Positions 1 to 16,610 of a stretch of DNA of 64,000 nt are shown here, one piece after another (position 1 is the first letter of the stretch; each line of letters begins with the position of its first letter). The notes beneath the pieces were generated by a model that was not told the DNA's origin, ran no database searches, and was given only the letters and a program-made list of their open reading frames with translations. The translations under genes and the position numbers were made by a program. This DNA comes from the human T2T-CHM13v2.0 reference genome, Homo sapiens: NCBI RefSeq assembly GCF_009914755.1, contig NC_060933.1, one strand, 5' to 3'.

Positions 1-1460
<1,460 letters not shown>

Positions 1461-1535
1461 CAGTTTTAAAACATTAATTAAAATAATTTACCAACAGATT
1501 TGTTAATGCCAAATTTATGACAAAGACTGTCTCAA

Positions 1536-1840
1536 ATTTTTTCTTTTTTTTTTTTTTAAGACAGACTCTTACTTTGTAGCCCAAGCTGGAGTGCAGTGGC
1601 GTGATTTCAGCTAACTGCAACCTCCACTTCCTGGGTTCAAGGGATTCTCCTGCCTCAGCCTCCTGAGTAGCTGGGATTACAGGCATGCACCATCCCACTC
1701 AGCTAATTTTTGTATTTTTAGTAGAGATGGGATTTTGCCATGTTGGCCAGGCTGGTCTCGAACTCCTGACCTAAAGCCATCCATCCATCTTGGCCTCCCA
1801 AAGCGCTAGGATTACAGGCGTCAGCCACTATGCCCAGCCC
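1536..1840 (-). mobile_element. AluS element
   Basis: Poly(T) followed by a full antisense Alu dimer; flanked by caaattt on both sides. Confidence 0.95.
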
Positions 1841-2235
1841 CAAATTTGCTTTAAAATCTTAAATCTGTTTGAATTTGGCAGTAAATATTGTCTTTGATTT
1901 CTACATTGTCATATGTTGCCTTAAATTTTGTTTTAGTAGTTTTAATAGATTTTTGTCATCACTACTAAGGTTACTTGATTAATAATGAAGTTATGCTCCT
2001 TTATAGGGGAAATATTTTATGTCAGTTATAACTACAAATGCTAATGTATAATCATGTAATGATTTAGGCTTTTTATTATTAAAATCTAGAAATAATATCA
2101 CATGAAAATAAATGTCATAAATCACTCAATTTGAAGCCACAGATATAATCAATTTTTAACATTTTAGATATAAGCATAATTGGATGTATCAAATCATTCC
2201 AGATGTAGAGTTCAAGAGTTCTAATTTCTTTTTTA

Positions 2236-2562
<327 letters not shown>

Positions 2563-3497
2563 TCAACAGTGAGTGTCTGTGAAAAACAGTTAAAATTTAT
2601 TAGACACTGTGACAAAGGCTTTAATAAAGTGCTTCGTTATTTAACATATATATGTTGATAAAATTTAATTTTCGTTCATATAGATGAGAAAATACAGCTT
2701 TAAGTAACCTAAAACATCAAAAATTACCCCAATAATCAGTGACTATGCCAAAATACACCCTTTCTTTTAGAGATAGAAGTCTATATGGCACTGAGAGCTC
2801 AAGTTTGCTCCTTATCACCTTCTTCATGAGTCTTGGCCCTAACGTGTCAGTTAACTGTGATATTTAATATTATTTTGACACATTCCCTATAGGTAAATGG
2901 TCACAGTCTTGCCTATCTAAGTAAAGGCTTTCAGCAAATTAATATAATCCTTATGTAATATAATTCATTTAGATATCTTTCCTCTAAAAAACTCTGAGCC
3001 CTTTTTCTATGGCCATTTATACCAAAACGATTCTAATGACCTAGATAGACACTAGTCTCATCTAAATCTGGTATCTGGTTTTTATTATGTTGCTTAACCC
3101 TGGGAATGAAACCTTTAAAAGCTAAGTCTGAGGAATTGATGTGAATTTATCCATATAATGAAAGTGGGACTTAACCAACTCAAATGATTTTTCTTTGTTC
3201 AGATTCTCAGCCTGATTAGACCTCTATTTTGATACATTCATTCAACATATTTATCAACTGCTTGCTATGTGAAAAATGCTATCCTAAGTACTAGTCATGG
3301 TCTGATTGGTAAGTTTCATTACTTGCAGAAAAATGAAGTAATTGTTTATTGAATGACCAATGTGTGCTAGGCATGTTTATATATAATCTCTATATATGCA
3401 GTACCTAATATAATCCATATATATGTAATACATATAATCTAATTTAATCTGTATGAATCTCTATTATCATCCCTGCTTTAAAAAGAAGGAAGCTTCT

Positions 3498-3823
<326 letters not shown>

Positions 3824-4279
3824 TCAATAATGTTAACTTGCCTAATAAATACTAGGTTTTTGTGTTGTAATACAAAGTGAAATATAAGAAATTATTCGGG
3901 TTTTTTCCAATGTATGTTTTGGCTGAATCCATGTGTCTTATATATCAGTAGTTTGGGAAATACTTAGAAAACAATTAGATTATCAGGGGCAAAACACCAA
4001 AATGCATAAACATCAGGGTGCAACATGGTGACAATTTGTCTACTAATTATGATCTCTTCCTTGTGTTCAGTTCAGTTGTGTTGCGACTGAATGACTTAAC
4101 AAGACTGAGATTTTGGAGGTTATTCACCATAAGATCTTAAGGAGATGATAATGATCCTTTACAGTGATGATATAGAAATTCTTGAAAAGAAGTAGGCCTT
4201 TAGGGATTGAAAGAATGAAAACAAAGAGGATGGATGTTTTTTAACTGAAGGTAGAATAAATTACTCTCTAAGGGGAATG

Positions 4280-4700
4280 ACATCACTTGGATAAGATTAC
4301 CCAGATGATTAAAGGCTTGGAAAATGTCCCATTGAGAAAAGTCTAAACCATCTGAGATAGCTTAGTGTAAAGAATGGAAACTGAGAGATTACATATTAAT
4401 GAATAGTTTTTTAGTTTATAAAGGGGTATCATTTAGAGGAATTTTCTGTCTAAATGGAAGTCTGTACATAAAGAATTAACTGATGATACAGCAAAGGAAA
4501 CTTTTGCTAAATATTTTTGAGGTCATTAAAAACTGAATTAACTACCAAGCAATGTTGCAGGCTATCTTCAAAGGCGACTGTTACAAACACATACTTATTC
4601 AGCCATCTGGAATAGTTTATCTGTGATACGATAGAACATCATGTGATAAGGAATAAATCAGAATTCCCCTTAAGTACCCTTCCAGCTTTCTAATTTAAGG
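4280..4700 (+). mobile_element. Ancient CR1/L3 LINE 3' remnant
   Basis: Decayed CR1-like text (gatgattaaaggcttggaaaatgtccc...gaattaactaccaagcaatgttg); approximate limits. Confidence 0.45.
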
Positions 4701-4807
4701 CTCAATATGAACTTTCACTTTGCTTCCTTTTTCAGGACTCTGCAACTGATAACTCAAGCGCTATTGTGTAAGGATACCAGATTTAGATGAGACTGTCAGC
4801 AGCCCTC

Positions 4808-4975
4808 TGGGTCCTCACTGCTCGCAGTGTCCACAGGCAGCAGCAGCAGAATCTGGGAGTTTATTAGATATGTAGGATGGCAGATCCACTGCAGGCCTCC
4901 TGAGTCAGAATCTGTCCTTTAAGAAGATCCCCAGGTAGTGCATATGTGCACTGAGGTTTGGGAAGCACCAGTCTA
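4808..4975. mobile_element. MER5A-like hAT-Charlie DNA transposon remnant
   Basis: cagcagaatctgggagtttattaga...gagtcagaatctg...aagatccccaggtag...gcactgaggtttgggaagcac. Confidence 0.7.
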
Positions 4976-5356
4976 GTCCATTCTCTCTGTCACTAGAATA
5001 AACTGTCCTGGCCTTTTTCCTAAGCAGATTTCTTTTCAGATTGTTCCAAAAGATAATATGGAAAAAAAATCTCCCTTGACTCCAATGATTATATTGATGG
5101 GTATACATTGATTTTTATTGCCAAGTTTCTATTTTATGGGAAAACTATTCTCCAAAAAAATCAAAACAAGAGACTCAAGGTTGTCTCACTCAGAGGCACT
5201 TAAAAAATAAATAAATAACCTGGCCACCAGGCTTTCCACAAGGAAAAGGAACAATTAAGCATTATACCAGAGGTCTGGTATAATGGTTTCTATTTCATAC
5301 AAAACTAAAGGTAGTTTTTGTCTCTCGTTCTCTGTTTCTGCTCAAATATCCATCCT

Positions 5357-5420
5357 GCTCTCTCTCTCTCTCTCTCTCTGCCCTCTCTCTCTCCTTGTCT
5401 TTGTGTGTGTATGTGTGCAT
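5357..5420. repeat. (CT)n followed by (GT)n microsatellite
   Basis: Directly visible dinucleotide runs. Confidence 0.85.
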
Positions 5421-7463
5421 GCAAAGATGTGTGTTTGTACAACCAAAAACCTTGGAAATTTGTGGTGTTTTTACTCCAGCATCCTGACTTTATTTAAATC
5501 AAGATGTAAATAAAACTCTTTTGTTTTGAAGACCAATAGGAATTAAATCCAAGAAGGAAGGCTTTGTAAAATATGGTGCAGGTCAACCACAAACATTTCA
5601 AAGGGCACCACCATTGAGACAACATGGAAGTGGAGGAAACAATTGAACAACATTAGAGTCAAGTGAGAGTTGACTGTGAAGGGCATGGGGAGTTTCACAG
5701 TGACTCCTGGGTTTTGAGCTTTTGTGAAGATAACAAAAGATGCCTCTTGATTTTAATTTTTCTAATCAGCCTTCCCAAATTTATTATGGAAAATTACTTT
5801 AAGTGTTTATACTTTCCACCTCTTCTCTGTATGATCTGTATAAAATAAAATTACTTTACATGACATTGTACCCTGTCTGCCTTCCTCCTTATTTGTCCCA
5901 GTGCCCTTGTAAGGAGAGAAGCACTGGACTGTAGAAAAATGAAATATCTGATGGTAAGCATCATTCTAAAGACAACAAGTAATGCAGTTTAAATTATGGA
6001 ACATTCTCCCTAAACTAATTTAGAAAATGATTACCACTATAGTGGCCAAGTTAGCGCAAACTCATTTAGGCCACCTTGTTTTCCCTGAATGAAACATGAA
6101 CTCCGGGGAAGCCTGTTGTAACTTTAAAGTTTTCATTTAAATAACTACAGCTTTATTTTAAGTATTTCTTTCATTTTTTTCAGTTTACAAACTAACAGAT
6201 AAGAAATACCTCCCATGATGCTGTGCATTCGTCTGGTGCTTCTGCAGTAATTAGTGAGATTTCTGGATGAATTATGCCATTTAACATCTGTTATTAATTA
6301 TAACCACATTTATTGCCTCATAACAATATCATTACAAAGGAAAGCTGTGCAGATGAGAAGCATTTCTTTGTAAACCCTAATAAGTGTACAATGTGTGTGT
6401 AAATATTTACTTTTCCATAATTCTCTCACTGTTTAATTGTGACTCTGTGTTTAGCCATTTTAATTAGGTTGAATTTCCAGCCCTTTGGCATTTAGATATT
6501 TAAGTTTAATGCTCTGTTGATGAAATTTTCTTGCTTTTAATCTATATTACATGTCACAGAAGCTCTGTCTGTGCTACATCAAAGTTTTTAAAAGGGAATT
6601 TGGTAAAAGGAAGGCTAGCAGGGCAATCAGAATCCATTCTGGGGCAAGGGGGGCCACTGTCGATTTCAGTGACCTGCTACAGTATTTTTTAAGTTATTAT
6701 ACTACTAGTCAAAAACTGGAAAATGTGCAAAGCTTGACATTAGTATTTTTATGAGAAGCATGCTAACCGCATTCTTTATTTTTCTTGTGTCCTTAGGTAG
6801 AAAAGCAATAGCTAAATAGAAAGGGCTGGTGCCTGGCTAGGAGGAAAACAGAAGCAAACTATGGGATGAAAGAGACCCTCATCTTTAAGCACTAGGGATT
6901 TCTCCTGGAGGAAGAAATATTCAGTTAAACACTTTACATGTATTTAGATTTGGGTTTAGTGGTTTTTGCAGTTGGGAATCACATATCTTGATTTTTAACC
7001 CTTCAAATTCTGGGAAAACACTTACCATAGTTCTATCATTGGTATTACCTTTATCTCAACCCAAATTGTTTGCATAGGAAACCAGGCATGGTTTTGATGA
7101 TGGGCTGAGGGAAGGAAAGGAGAAGGAAGCCAGGAAACTAGAATGAGAAGGAGCACTATAAAGTGAGAATGGAGAACAATCTAGCTGACCTTCTCCCAGC
7201 CCTTTGAAGTAAGAGTGGAGTTACAGACAGAACCACTTTTGCTGGCAAAACTGCCACGGCTTTTGGAGAAGCTCAACAAGCAGGAGTGAAAGGATTTATT
7301 CTGTTGATGGAGAGTCTGAGCTCTTCAAGTCAAGAGGCAAGTAGGGAGGTAAGATAAAAAGAACATATTCTTGTGTGGAAGGAGGCTAAAAAAGTCATTG
7401 CCAGGCTGTGATTGCCAGGATGACTATCAGGAGCTCTCAGTGGAGATAAGAATTTGCAAGTAG

Positions 7464-7880
<417 letters not shown>

Positions 7881-9899
7881 TGATAGCATTCTGAGTCCTT
7901 GGGGGCCTTTGCATCTTCTCTCTTTGGGGGGAAGAATGCAAAAAGGATCTGCAGCAAAAAATACTGGGTCTTGATAACTTTGCTTGATGAAGCAAGGAGG
8001 AAGATATAAGGTCAGAAATAATTGCGCATTTACACGCCTAGAAGAAATGTCAGGAGAGCAAGCTTGTGTTGGCAAGGAAAAAAATATGCCTTGATTTGCA
8101 TGTACTAAGTTTAATGGGTCCTAAATTGTGTGATTTTTCTTCCCAAACTACCTACATGGTTCTTCTCACCCAGTCTAATGTCCTTATGCTGATGTTCTGG
8201 TGCTACACATTAAGGAATAGCTATGATTGGTGTCACCTGGGCCAGACAGATACTGATCACCAGAAAAGTGGATGCAGTACTCAATTTGATGTGGAGCTTC
8301 AAACATTAGCCTCTTAACTGAAGTATGTTTAATTTCTTTGGTGAATCATTAAAATTCAAGGCCAATCTATAAAATTAGCTTCTATTACTACATCACAGTT
8401 GTACTTTTATTAAGTTAGAAAGCCTCATAACTATCTTCTGCCAGAATCTCAGCTGTTAAGAAGAGAATTTAAACCTTCCAATTTCTTCTCCCTTCTACCA
8501 TTCACTCAGGCCCTCCATGATCATAATATTGATTTCATGACCTTATTTCCTCTTCTAAAGAGATACCGTCTTAACAGTGCTCTCTTTGGCCATCACTGTT
8601 ACTGATGCTTATATTTATATAGCTGTATTAAAATATTAGATTGATGCTTTTGCGTTGTCCTGGATTCACAAAGCATCATCCAGAAGAAACAATCTAACAG
8701 GAGTGGTAATGTCCCAATTTTTTAAATCAAAATCCTAAGTTCAATTGAAACCCAATGGCCCCATAAGACCACTTATGTGTGGCATAACCAGAACTGAAAT
8801 TGGTTTTCTGATCCCTAGACTGATGATTTTTTTTTTCATGTTGCCACTTTCGGACTCAACTCCAAAGCTCAAGAACCACTAAGATTGTAAAGACAATGAC
8901 AATCTTATCTCTCTCTGGAAGAAGATGCACAATTCCCAAATTAACTCCGATGTAATGTAGGAAGACTTTTATTCGTCCTCGAGGGAAGAAAGTTTTTACA
9001 TTTAACCCAAAGAGATTGAAAAACACTAGACTTTGCTAACAGCTCTCCATAACTTCTATACAAATCATATGAGCCTATTTCTAAGAATACTTATATCTGG
9101 CTGTCACACTTGATTTCTTCCTCTCAGAAGTAGAGTGGCTTTCTTTTGTAATCCTCAAATCACTTTGCTTCCCACTCTGAAAAGTCACGAGCAGGGCAAT
9201 AGTTCCACAACATAACTAGTGGTTGAGAAACACAAGGCCATGCTGCAGTACTTCCCGAGTTTCAGGAATACTAGTCATAGTCCTGGGAGTCTCCCTGACC
9301 TGAAAATTTCATTGAAGAGTAGCTGACATTGTTAATTTAACCTCCTCCTCTTTATCCAGTATGGCAACTTCATGCAACAACAACAAATTCCAGGGACTTG
9401 CCAGTGTGGTGATTTTTATAAAGATGAGTTGTTGACAAATGTAGTAGTTTTCTTCCTCCTTATTAAACAAGACCTAGGCTAGATCTCCTATAGCTAATGT
9501 GTTGACACTCTAGTGTGAAGCACTCTGTTGAGCACTTCTAACACAGCAATCAGAAAAACAAATTATCCCCTGAGTAGTCCCCCTTACTAGCAGGTAAGAA
9601 TATAAAAATACATTTGCTTTTTCCCAGTGGTTAATTTTCTGTTCCTCTGGAGATCAATATCTATTTACATTTACTTACCTAAGGAGAGAAAGGCTAGAAA
9701 TTTTTCAGAGGACAAGGTTAGAGGTCAGGAAATTATTCAGTTGCATTCAGAAACTTCTAAGAAACACTTGAAACATTTGACATGTTGAAGCCAAGCTCAA
9801 CAGCTCAAACAAGATAAATCTTATTCTGACTTATCAATATGAAGGAAAAACTATTAGCTTTGACAAAGTCATTGCTAAAAAGTATTCCAAAGCTGAAAA

Positions 9900-10380
9900 T
9901 TTGGACATGTCATTGTCCTCCTAAAAGTTTTCCATATCTTTCTATCACCTATAGGATAAAACCTAAACTCTATAACATCATTTTCATAATCTGGGCTTCA
10001 TCCATCTGTTCACTTGCATCTCTTGTCATCAAATCTCCCCACTCTACTGTATTTAAGAATTTACAATTCTCTGAATACTCTGTGTGTGGGCCTCTGGGTA
10101 TTTGCTTATGCTATGCCTTTTGCCTGGAATGACTCATCACCTTGCTCAACTGGAAAACACCTACTCTTCTTTCTAAATGCAACTCAAATGACACCTGCTT
10201 AATGGAGTCTTTCCTGCCTTCTCCAGCTGACATAGAGGATCCAAGATAGGTTATACACAACTCTACCCTGATCATTATCATCATCCTCTATTAGATTTGT
10301 CTCTTTCCTGGCTGTCTTTATCCCAGAAGGCAACCTCCTTACGAGTAGGTATCATATGAGAGAATAAATGATTGTGTCCT
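9900..10380 (+). mobile_element. L2 LINE 3' remnant
   Basis: L2-like motifs (cacctataggataaaacctaaactc; tttgcttatgctatgccttttgcctggaatg). Confidence 0.5.
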
Positions 10381-13300
10381 ATTCCCAAAATGATTCCCTC
10401 TATATACGTACTCCCAAAGGTGGGAAAGTATAGGTAACCAATGACTCTCACGTGTACTTCTTCTTCAGTAAAATGTTTACTGTCTTCAGTAAGTCTTTGC
10501 TTTTTGAGGTGAGCATTAACTTAAGACCTAGATTAAAACCAAAGCAGGTCATGAACTGTTGTGGTCATTCTCTTACACTTTGCCCACACTTCCTATCAAA
10601 CTCCTGCCTCTGTTCCTCCTTCTCCATGTCAACCCTTGCCCAGAGTGACAACAGTAGAAAATGTCTTTCTAACCTCAGAGTAACAGTCAAAGGTAGCTAA
10701 GATTTCATAATCTCCCAACATGATGACAAAAAACACACAGGTAAAAGCATGCTTTATAGACATATGAATCCTAAGTAAACCTTAAATGTTTTTCTATTCA
10801 CCTCCCTCCTTCTCTCTTGCATTTTTGGAATTAGTCCAAATTCCTTTTGAGATTACCTTGATCTTTAAGTCCTCAAACACATCTAAAACTTGTCTTGCTT
10901 CATCTGGTATAGTTTCTTTTTCATGACATTATAAGAATCAACTAAAATTTCAAGAGTCCAGAATGTTGCAGCTGAAGCACTTTCATATTTGAAAAAAGCA
11001 TAATCACAATTCTTTCCCCATATGCTACCTTCTCAGCAGGGCTATTTTTTTCACCCTCAGAAATGTATAGTGTCAGAATTCCTCAAATAAGTTAAGAGTT
11101 GAGAATCAAACTCAGAATGATCCTGTCACTACATTCCAGAGGGAATGCCTCTTTGCCCAGGTCCCTGGAATCTCCCATTTCCAATTCTGTGCTGTAGACC
11201 TGGAACAAGCTTAAAGAACCACTGTTCAAAAAGGATACAGGTATCTATTTTCATTCAATTCAACATGTGGTCTGAGATGCATATCTGAAAGCATAGTTTA
11301 AAATTTTTTTTTGGTCTTATGATATTTAAAATTTTCTTGAGACCATCTGGAAAGAGGTTTCCCTTTAACAATGTCAGTCTTTCTCCACATTTCTCTAGTT
11401 ATTGCTTCCTTTCTGTCTGTCCTTCCAATATTTCTAGGCTGTGGTTGGAAAGGCATTTTTTTCCTTTTATACTTAACATTTGGTGAACTTTTCCTCAGGT
11501 TACACAAGGTGCGGGTGAGGGTGGAGGTGGCTTTCGCTTTCTCAGCCCTGACCCCTCCAGCTCACACATCCTAGGTTTCTGTTCTTTCTAAGTACCTCTT
11601 CTCAGTTTCTTCCAGAACAGCCTGGATCCATATCTGCTTCACCTTGGTAACTTGAACCTTTGATGGATCTTGGGGAATAAGCAGCTCGTACTGTGAACTC
11701 TGATACCTTTTACATAATAGCATATCAATAAATGCTTGAATGAGGGAAAAAGTGAATGACTTTCACTAATTATGAATTTCTTTCCTTGAGCTGTTTGCCT
11801 CTGACTTTTTATATATTCTGAAAGGGAATACTACGTCTATATTTACTAAGTCCTTTCTCTCATTTTGTTACTTTTTATCTGGTAAGAGAGCATTGATTGG
11901 GGAAATTCTTTAATATAAAAAGGTGTAAAAGAGGTGATGATATAGAAACAACTATATGCATCCCCAAGTGTGCAGCAAGAGTGAGGACTGATTTGACATT
12001 GAAATGCTCTATGTCTATAAAATTCACTCATTAGAAGGCTTTTATCTTGAGGCTGTAATACCTCGAATTAGCATAACTTTGAAGTCTTCCTTCTATGAAG
12101 CTGCCCAAGTAAGTGATTCTCAGTCTTTGCAAGTCATCTTTTAGCCATGGCTTTGTTAAAGCAAGCTGACTTAAGCTTAGTCATAATTACAAAATTTTGG
12201 GTGGGCAAAGCAAGATACTTTGATATTTCTACTTTATCATCTGAAGGAACTTAAGGAAGATGAGCTCATTTGGAGAGAATGAATATCAATGGCCATTACA
12301 AGCTGTTACTGCTAATGGTCTCTGAATATCCCACATCACTTAGCACTGGAAGTGATGAAATTGATTTTAAGAAAGTTTGCTGTTCTAAAAAATTCCATGG
12401 TTTGTACGTGGGATTGCTTGTCTCTGAATTGAGGGCACAGACATTTCTACATGTAAGCATTCCATCAGGGGCCTTGGGGCATTGGAGCAAGTTTGGACTG
12501 GAACCACTGCCTCTGCTTCTGCCTGCATGGTCTTAATCCAAAGCACCCAGAACATGTATTCTGTAGTGGCAGCAGTTCATTGGAGGTGGAGATTCGCAAA
12601 GACTTCAAGTAGTTGGAGAGACTAAAGCCAGGGATAAGTTCCTTTGCTTATCTGCTATTGTAGCTAGAAGAGCTAATCTCAATGAGAAGCACAAGACTTT
12701 CCAATCTTGGTATTTATGGCTGGAGCATAGAACACATTTTTTTAAAAGAAAGAAAGTAAATGAGGTGTGTGCAGTTGGAATAGTGCTGTTATTGCCTTCC
12801 ATTGCTTGAAATTAAGTCATTTGTGGGTAGGACCAGGACTCAAGCCTCCAGTAATTATATACTTGCAAGACTACACCAACTTAAACACAAAAATTGAGGA
12901 TATACTTATTTATACAAATATAAATCAGAATTTTGTCAAAACAGAAATGTCAGTGCCCAGCTAGCTACCATTGTTGGTAGTACTGGAGTTGCCCAACCAT
13001 GCAGTTCTTCCTCACCAACCTAAAACTTCATGTTTAGAACTGGAAACAATTGCCTGAATTGCACTCACCAAGGTTAGAATAAGTATTATACTTATTTCAG
13101 CATATAGTACAAAAGCTAGGTAATACAAGAGAAAATTAGTAAAACATTAAAAGAAAGCAATTAAATCTGAGTTGCAAGAAGGAGGGAAATATTACCTCAG
13201 TGTGAGGGAGTTGGATTTGAAACTCTTCTGTTATAATTTCAGCCTCAATCAGCCTCCTTTATAATTTTGCAGCCAGCAGTAAATTTCCTTTAAACTTACA

Positions 13301-13451
13301 GTATCTTTTATGGTCAAGTTATTGACAAAGGAAAAGCCAGCTTCTTAAAAGTAATCTTTTAGGCTTTATGAAAGTAGAGAATAGTCTATTTCTGATTTTT
13401 TGTTTTGTTTTGTTTTCTATTTTGTTTCCTTATTTACCTTAAGAAGTATAG

Positions 13452-15270
13452 GTTACAAAATCAATATACACAAATCAGTATCACTGCTATATACCACCAG
13501 TGACCAAGCAGAGAATCAAATCAAGAACTCAATTCCTTTTACAACAGCTGCCAAAAATTTTAGGAATACCTAGGAATATACTTAACCAAGGTGGTGGAAG
13601 ATCTCTACAAGGAAAACTACAAAACACTGCTGAAAGAAATCATAGATGACACAAACAAAAGGAAACACATCACGTACTCATGGATGGGAAGAATCAATAT
13701 TGTGAAAGAGACCATACTATCCAAAGCAATCTACAGATTCAATGCAATTCCCATCAAAATACCATCATCATTCTTCACAAAACTAGAAAACTTCTAAAAT
13801 TTATATAGAACCAAAAAAGAGCCCATCTAGCCAAAGCAATACTAAGCAAAAAGAGCAAATCTAGAGACATCACATTACCTAACTTCAAATTATACTACAA
13901 GGCTATAGTTACTAAAACAGCATGGTACTGGTATAAAAATAGGCATGTAGACAAATGGAACAAAATAGAGATATCTGAAATAGAGCCAAATACTTACAGC
14001 CAACTGATCTTCTACAAAGCATACAAAACATAAATTGAGGAAAAGACCACCTATTCAATAAATAGTGCTGGAAAAACTGGCAAGACATATGTAGAATGAA
14101 ACTTGATCCTTATCTCTCACTTTATGCAAAAATCAACTCAAGATGGATTAAATACTTAAATCTAAGATCTGAAACCATAAAAATTCTAAAAGATAATATC
14201 AGACAAACTCTTCTAGACATTGGCTTTGGCATGACTAAGACCCCCAAAGCAAGTGTAACAAAAATAAATAAATGAGACCTAATTAAACTAAAAAGCTTCT
14301 GCACAGCAAAAGAAATAATCAGCAGAGTAAACAGACAACCCAGAGTGTGTGAAAATATTTGCAAACTATGTATCTGACAAAGGACTAGTATCCAGAATCT
14401 ATGAGGAACTCAAACAAATCAGCAAGAAAAGAACAATCCCATCAGAAAGTGGGCAAAGGACATGATTAGACATTTCTGAAAAGATGATATACAAACAGCC
14501 AACAAACGTGAAAAAATGCCCAACACTACTAATCATCAGGAAATTACAAATTGAAACCACAATGAGATACCACCTTACTCCTGCAAATAATGGCCATAAC
14601 TAAAAAGTCAAAAAACAGTAGATGTTGGCATGGATGTGGGGAATGCTGGCACACTGCTGGTGGGAATGTAAATTAGCACAACCACTATGGAAAATAGTAT
14701 GGGGATTCTGTAAAGAACTAAAAGTAGAACTGCCATTCGATCCAGCAATCCCACAACTGGGTATCTACCCAAAGGAAAAAGAGTCATTATATGAAAAAGA
14801 CACAATTTGCAATTGTAAACATATGGAACCAACCTAAGTGCCCATCATACAGCATACAGATAAAGAAAATGTGGCATATATACACCATAGAATACTTCTT
14901 AGCCATAAAAAGGAACAAAATAATGTCTTTTGCAGAAACTTGGCTGGAGCTTGAAGCCATTATTCTAAGTGAAGTAACTCAGAAATGGAAAACCAAATAT
15001 TGTTTATGTTCTCACTTATAAGTGGGAACTAAGCTGTAAGGATGCAAAGGCATGAGTGATGTAATGGACTTTGGGGACTCAGTGAGGGAGGTCTGGGAGA
15101 GGGGTGAGGGATAAAAAACTACACATTGGGTACAGTGTACACTGCTCAGGTGACAGGTCCACTGAAATCTCAGAAATCACCACTAAAGAACTGATACATG
15201 TAATCAAAAACCACCTGTGTCTGAAAAACTATTGAAATAATAGAAGTAAATTGGATAGGAATAAAAAAAG
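13452..15270 (+). mobile_element. 5'-truncated L1PB-like LINE-1 (ORF2 3' part, 3' UTR, A-rich tail)
   Basis: ORF2 fragments ([14 protein letters not shown]...WMGRINIVK...[13 protein letters not shown]; [14 protein letters not shown]); L1PB-type 3' UTR (gggtacagtgtacactgctcaggtgac); multiple stops and frameshifts. Confidence 0.92.
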
Positions 15271-15459
15271 AGGAATCTAGCTAGGGTTTTCCAAAATTAA
15301 TCATATACCAGAAAGGTGAAAGAGATAACTTCAGAAAAAGTCCACTTACTCAAAAGGAGAGTAGATTAATTCATTAATTTTATATTTGAGTGCCTGCCAT
15401 GGGCCAGGGATGCATTTGTGCATCCTTGCCCATGTACCAGCTCATAAAGTCAGATACAA

Positions 15460-15935
15460 TGTTAAAGAAAAAAATACTCATGACACTTTTTAAAGATTTT
15501 ATTTAGTACTATCAAATAGGTATAGGAACCACTGTAATGGAGTTTTGTGGAGGCGAAAGATTGGGCTCAATTGCAGATACACCAAAAAAAAAAAAAAAAC
15601 TGGGAATTTGGAGTCGGGGGTCAGTGGACGGAAATTGCTAAGAAGAAACATCAGGGGTAAAGGGATAATCTGGCTGAAATGACCCAATAGTATTCTTGCT
15701 GAGGACAGGCCAGGATGATCAGACATCACCTGGAGGATGGTGGGGAATACGAATCTGATCAAATATCGAGGGTAATCAGATACGGAGGGTGGAGAGTTCT
15801 GGTAAAACTGACTTTGCAGGATTCTTGCTAAAATTGCACAATGCAGACAGATATGGAGACATAAAAGTTGAGGCCTAGTTGGGAAGAGGGTTTAGAGGAG
15901 CATCACTAGAGTTTGGTTAAGGAAAGAATCTGTCA
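15460..15935 (-). mobile_element. Solo ERV1 LTR (MER31-like) inserted into an L2
   Basis: TG...CA ends (tgttaaagaa...gaatctgtca) and MER31-like internal text; L2-like sequence on both sides. Confidence 0.65.
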
Positions 15936-15939
15936 GTAG

Positions 15940-16610
15940 CCCCTGCCCATCCTAGTGGGAGATGATTGTAACCCGTGCTGTGAAAGGAAGGTCCATAATA
16001 TTATGAGTACATACAGCAGGGGATCTGACCTGGCCTGGAGATCAAGAAGGTTTCTCTGAGGAAGCTGGGATCTCAAGGAAGGATAAAAGGGGACAAGAGG
16101 GAGAGTGGAGAGAGAGGAAGTTCCACTGTGAGACTTTGAACATAATGTGAGGAGTAGAACCCATTATTGGAACTGGAGGAGATGTGAGTACACAGAGCAA
16201 GGAGGAGAGTGGTAGGAAGCAGCAGCAGGAAGGGGGCATGAAACAGACCGTGAAGGGTATGGTGGTGGGTGGTGATCTGATCACATTTTCATTTTCAATG
16301 CTATCTCTAGCTGTAAAATGGAAAAAAAAAGATGGAGACAAATGCCAGAGAAAGATCAGGTGGTACTAGAGAGAGAAGGTAAATTCAAGAGATATTTAGT
16401 AAATAAACTTAATGTCACTTAGTGATGGGTTTAATAAGAAAGGAAAAGTGAATCATAGGTTTTTGGATTTAGATCTGGGTGAATGGAGGTGCCATTGTAA
16501 TAGAAAATAATGGAAAAGGCCCAGGTTTGTGGTTGGGAAATTTCTATGATTTTTCTTTTAGCCATGTTGAATTTTAATGCCTTTAAGATGTGGCAGGAGA
16601 TTTAACAGAT
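15940..16610 (-). mobile_element. L2 LINE remnant
   Basis: Purine-rich antisense L2 text (gatcaagaaggtttctctgaggaag; aattcaagagatatttag; gaatggaggtgccatt). Confidence 0.55.
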
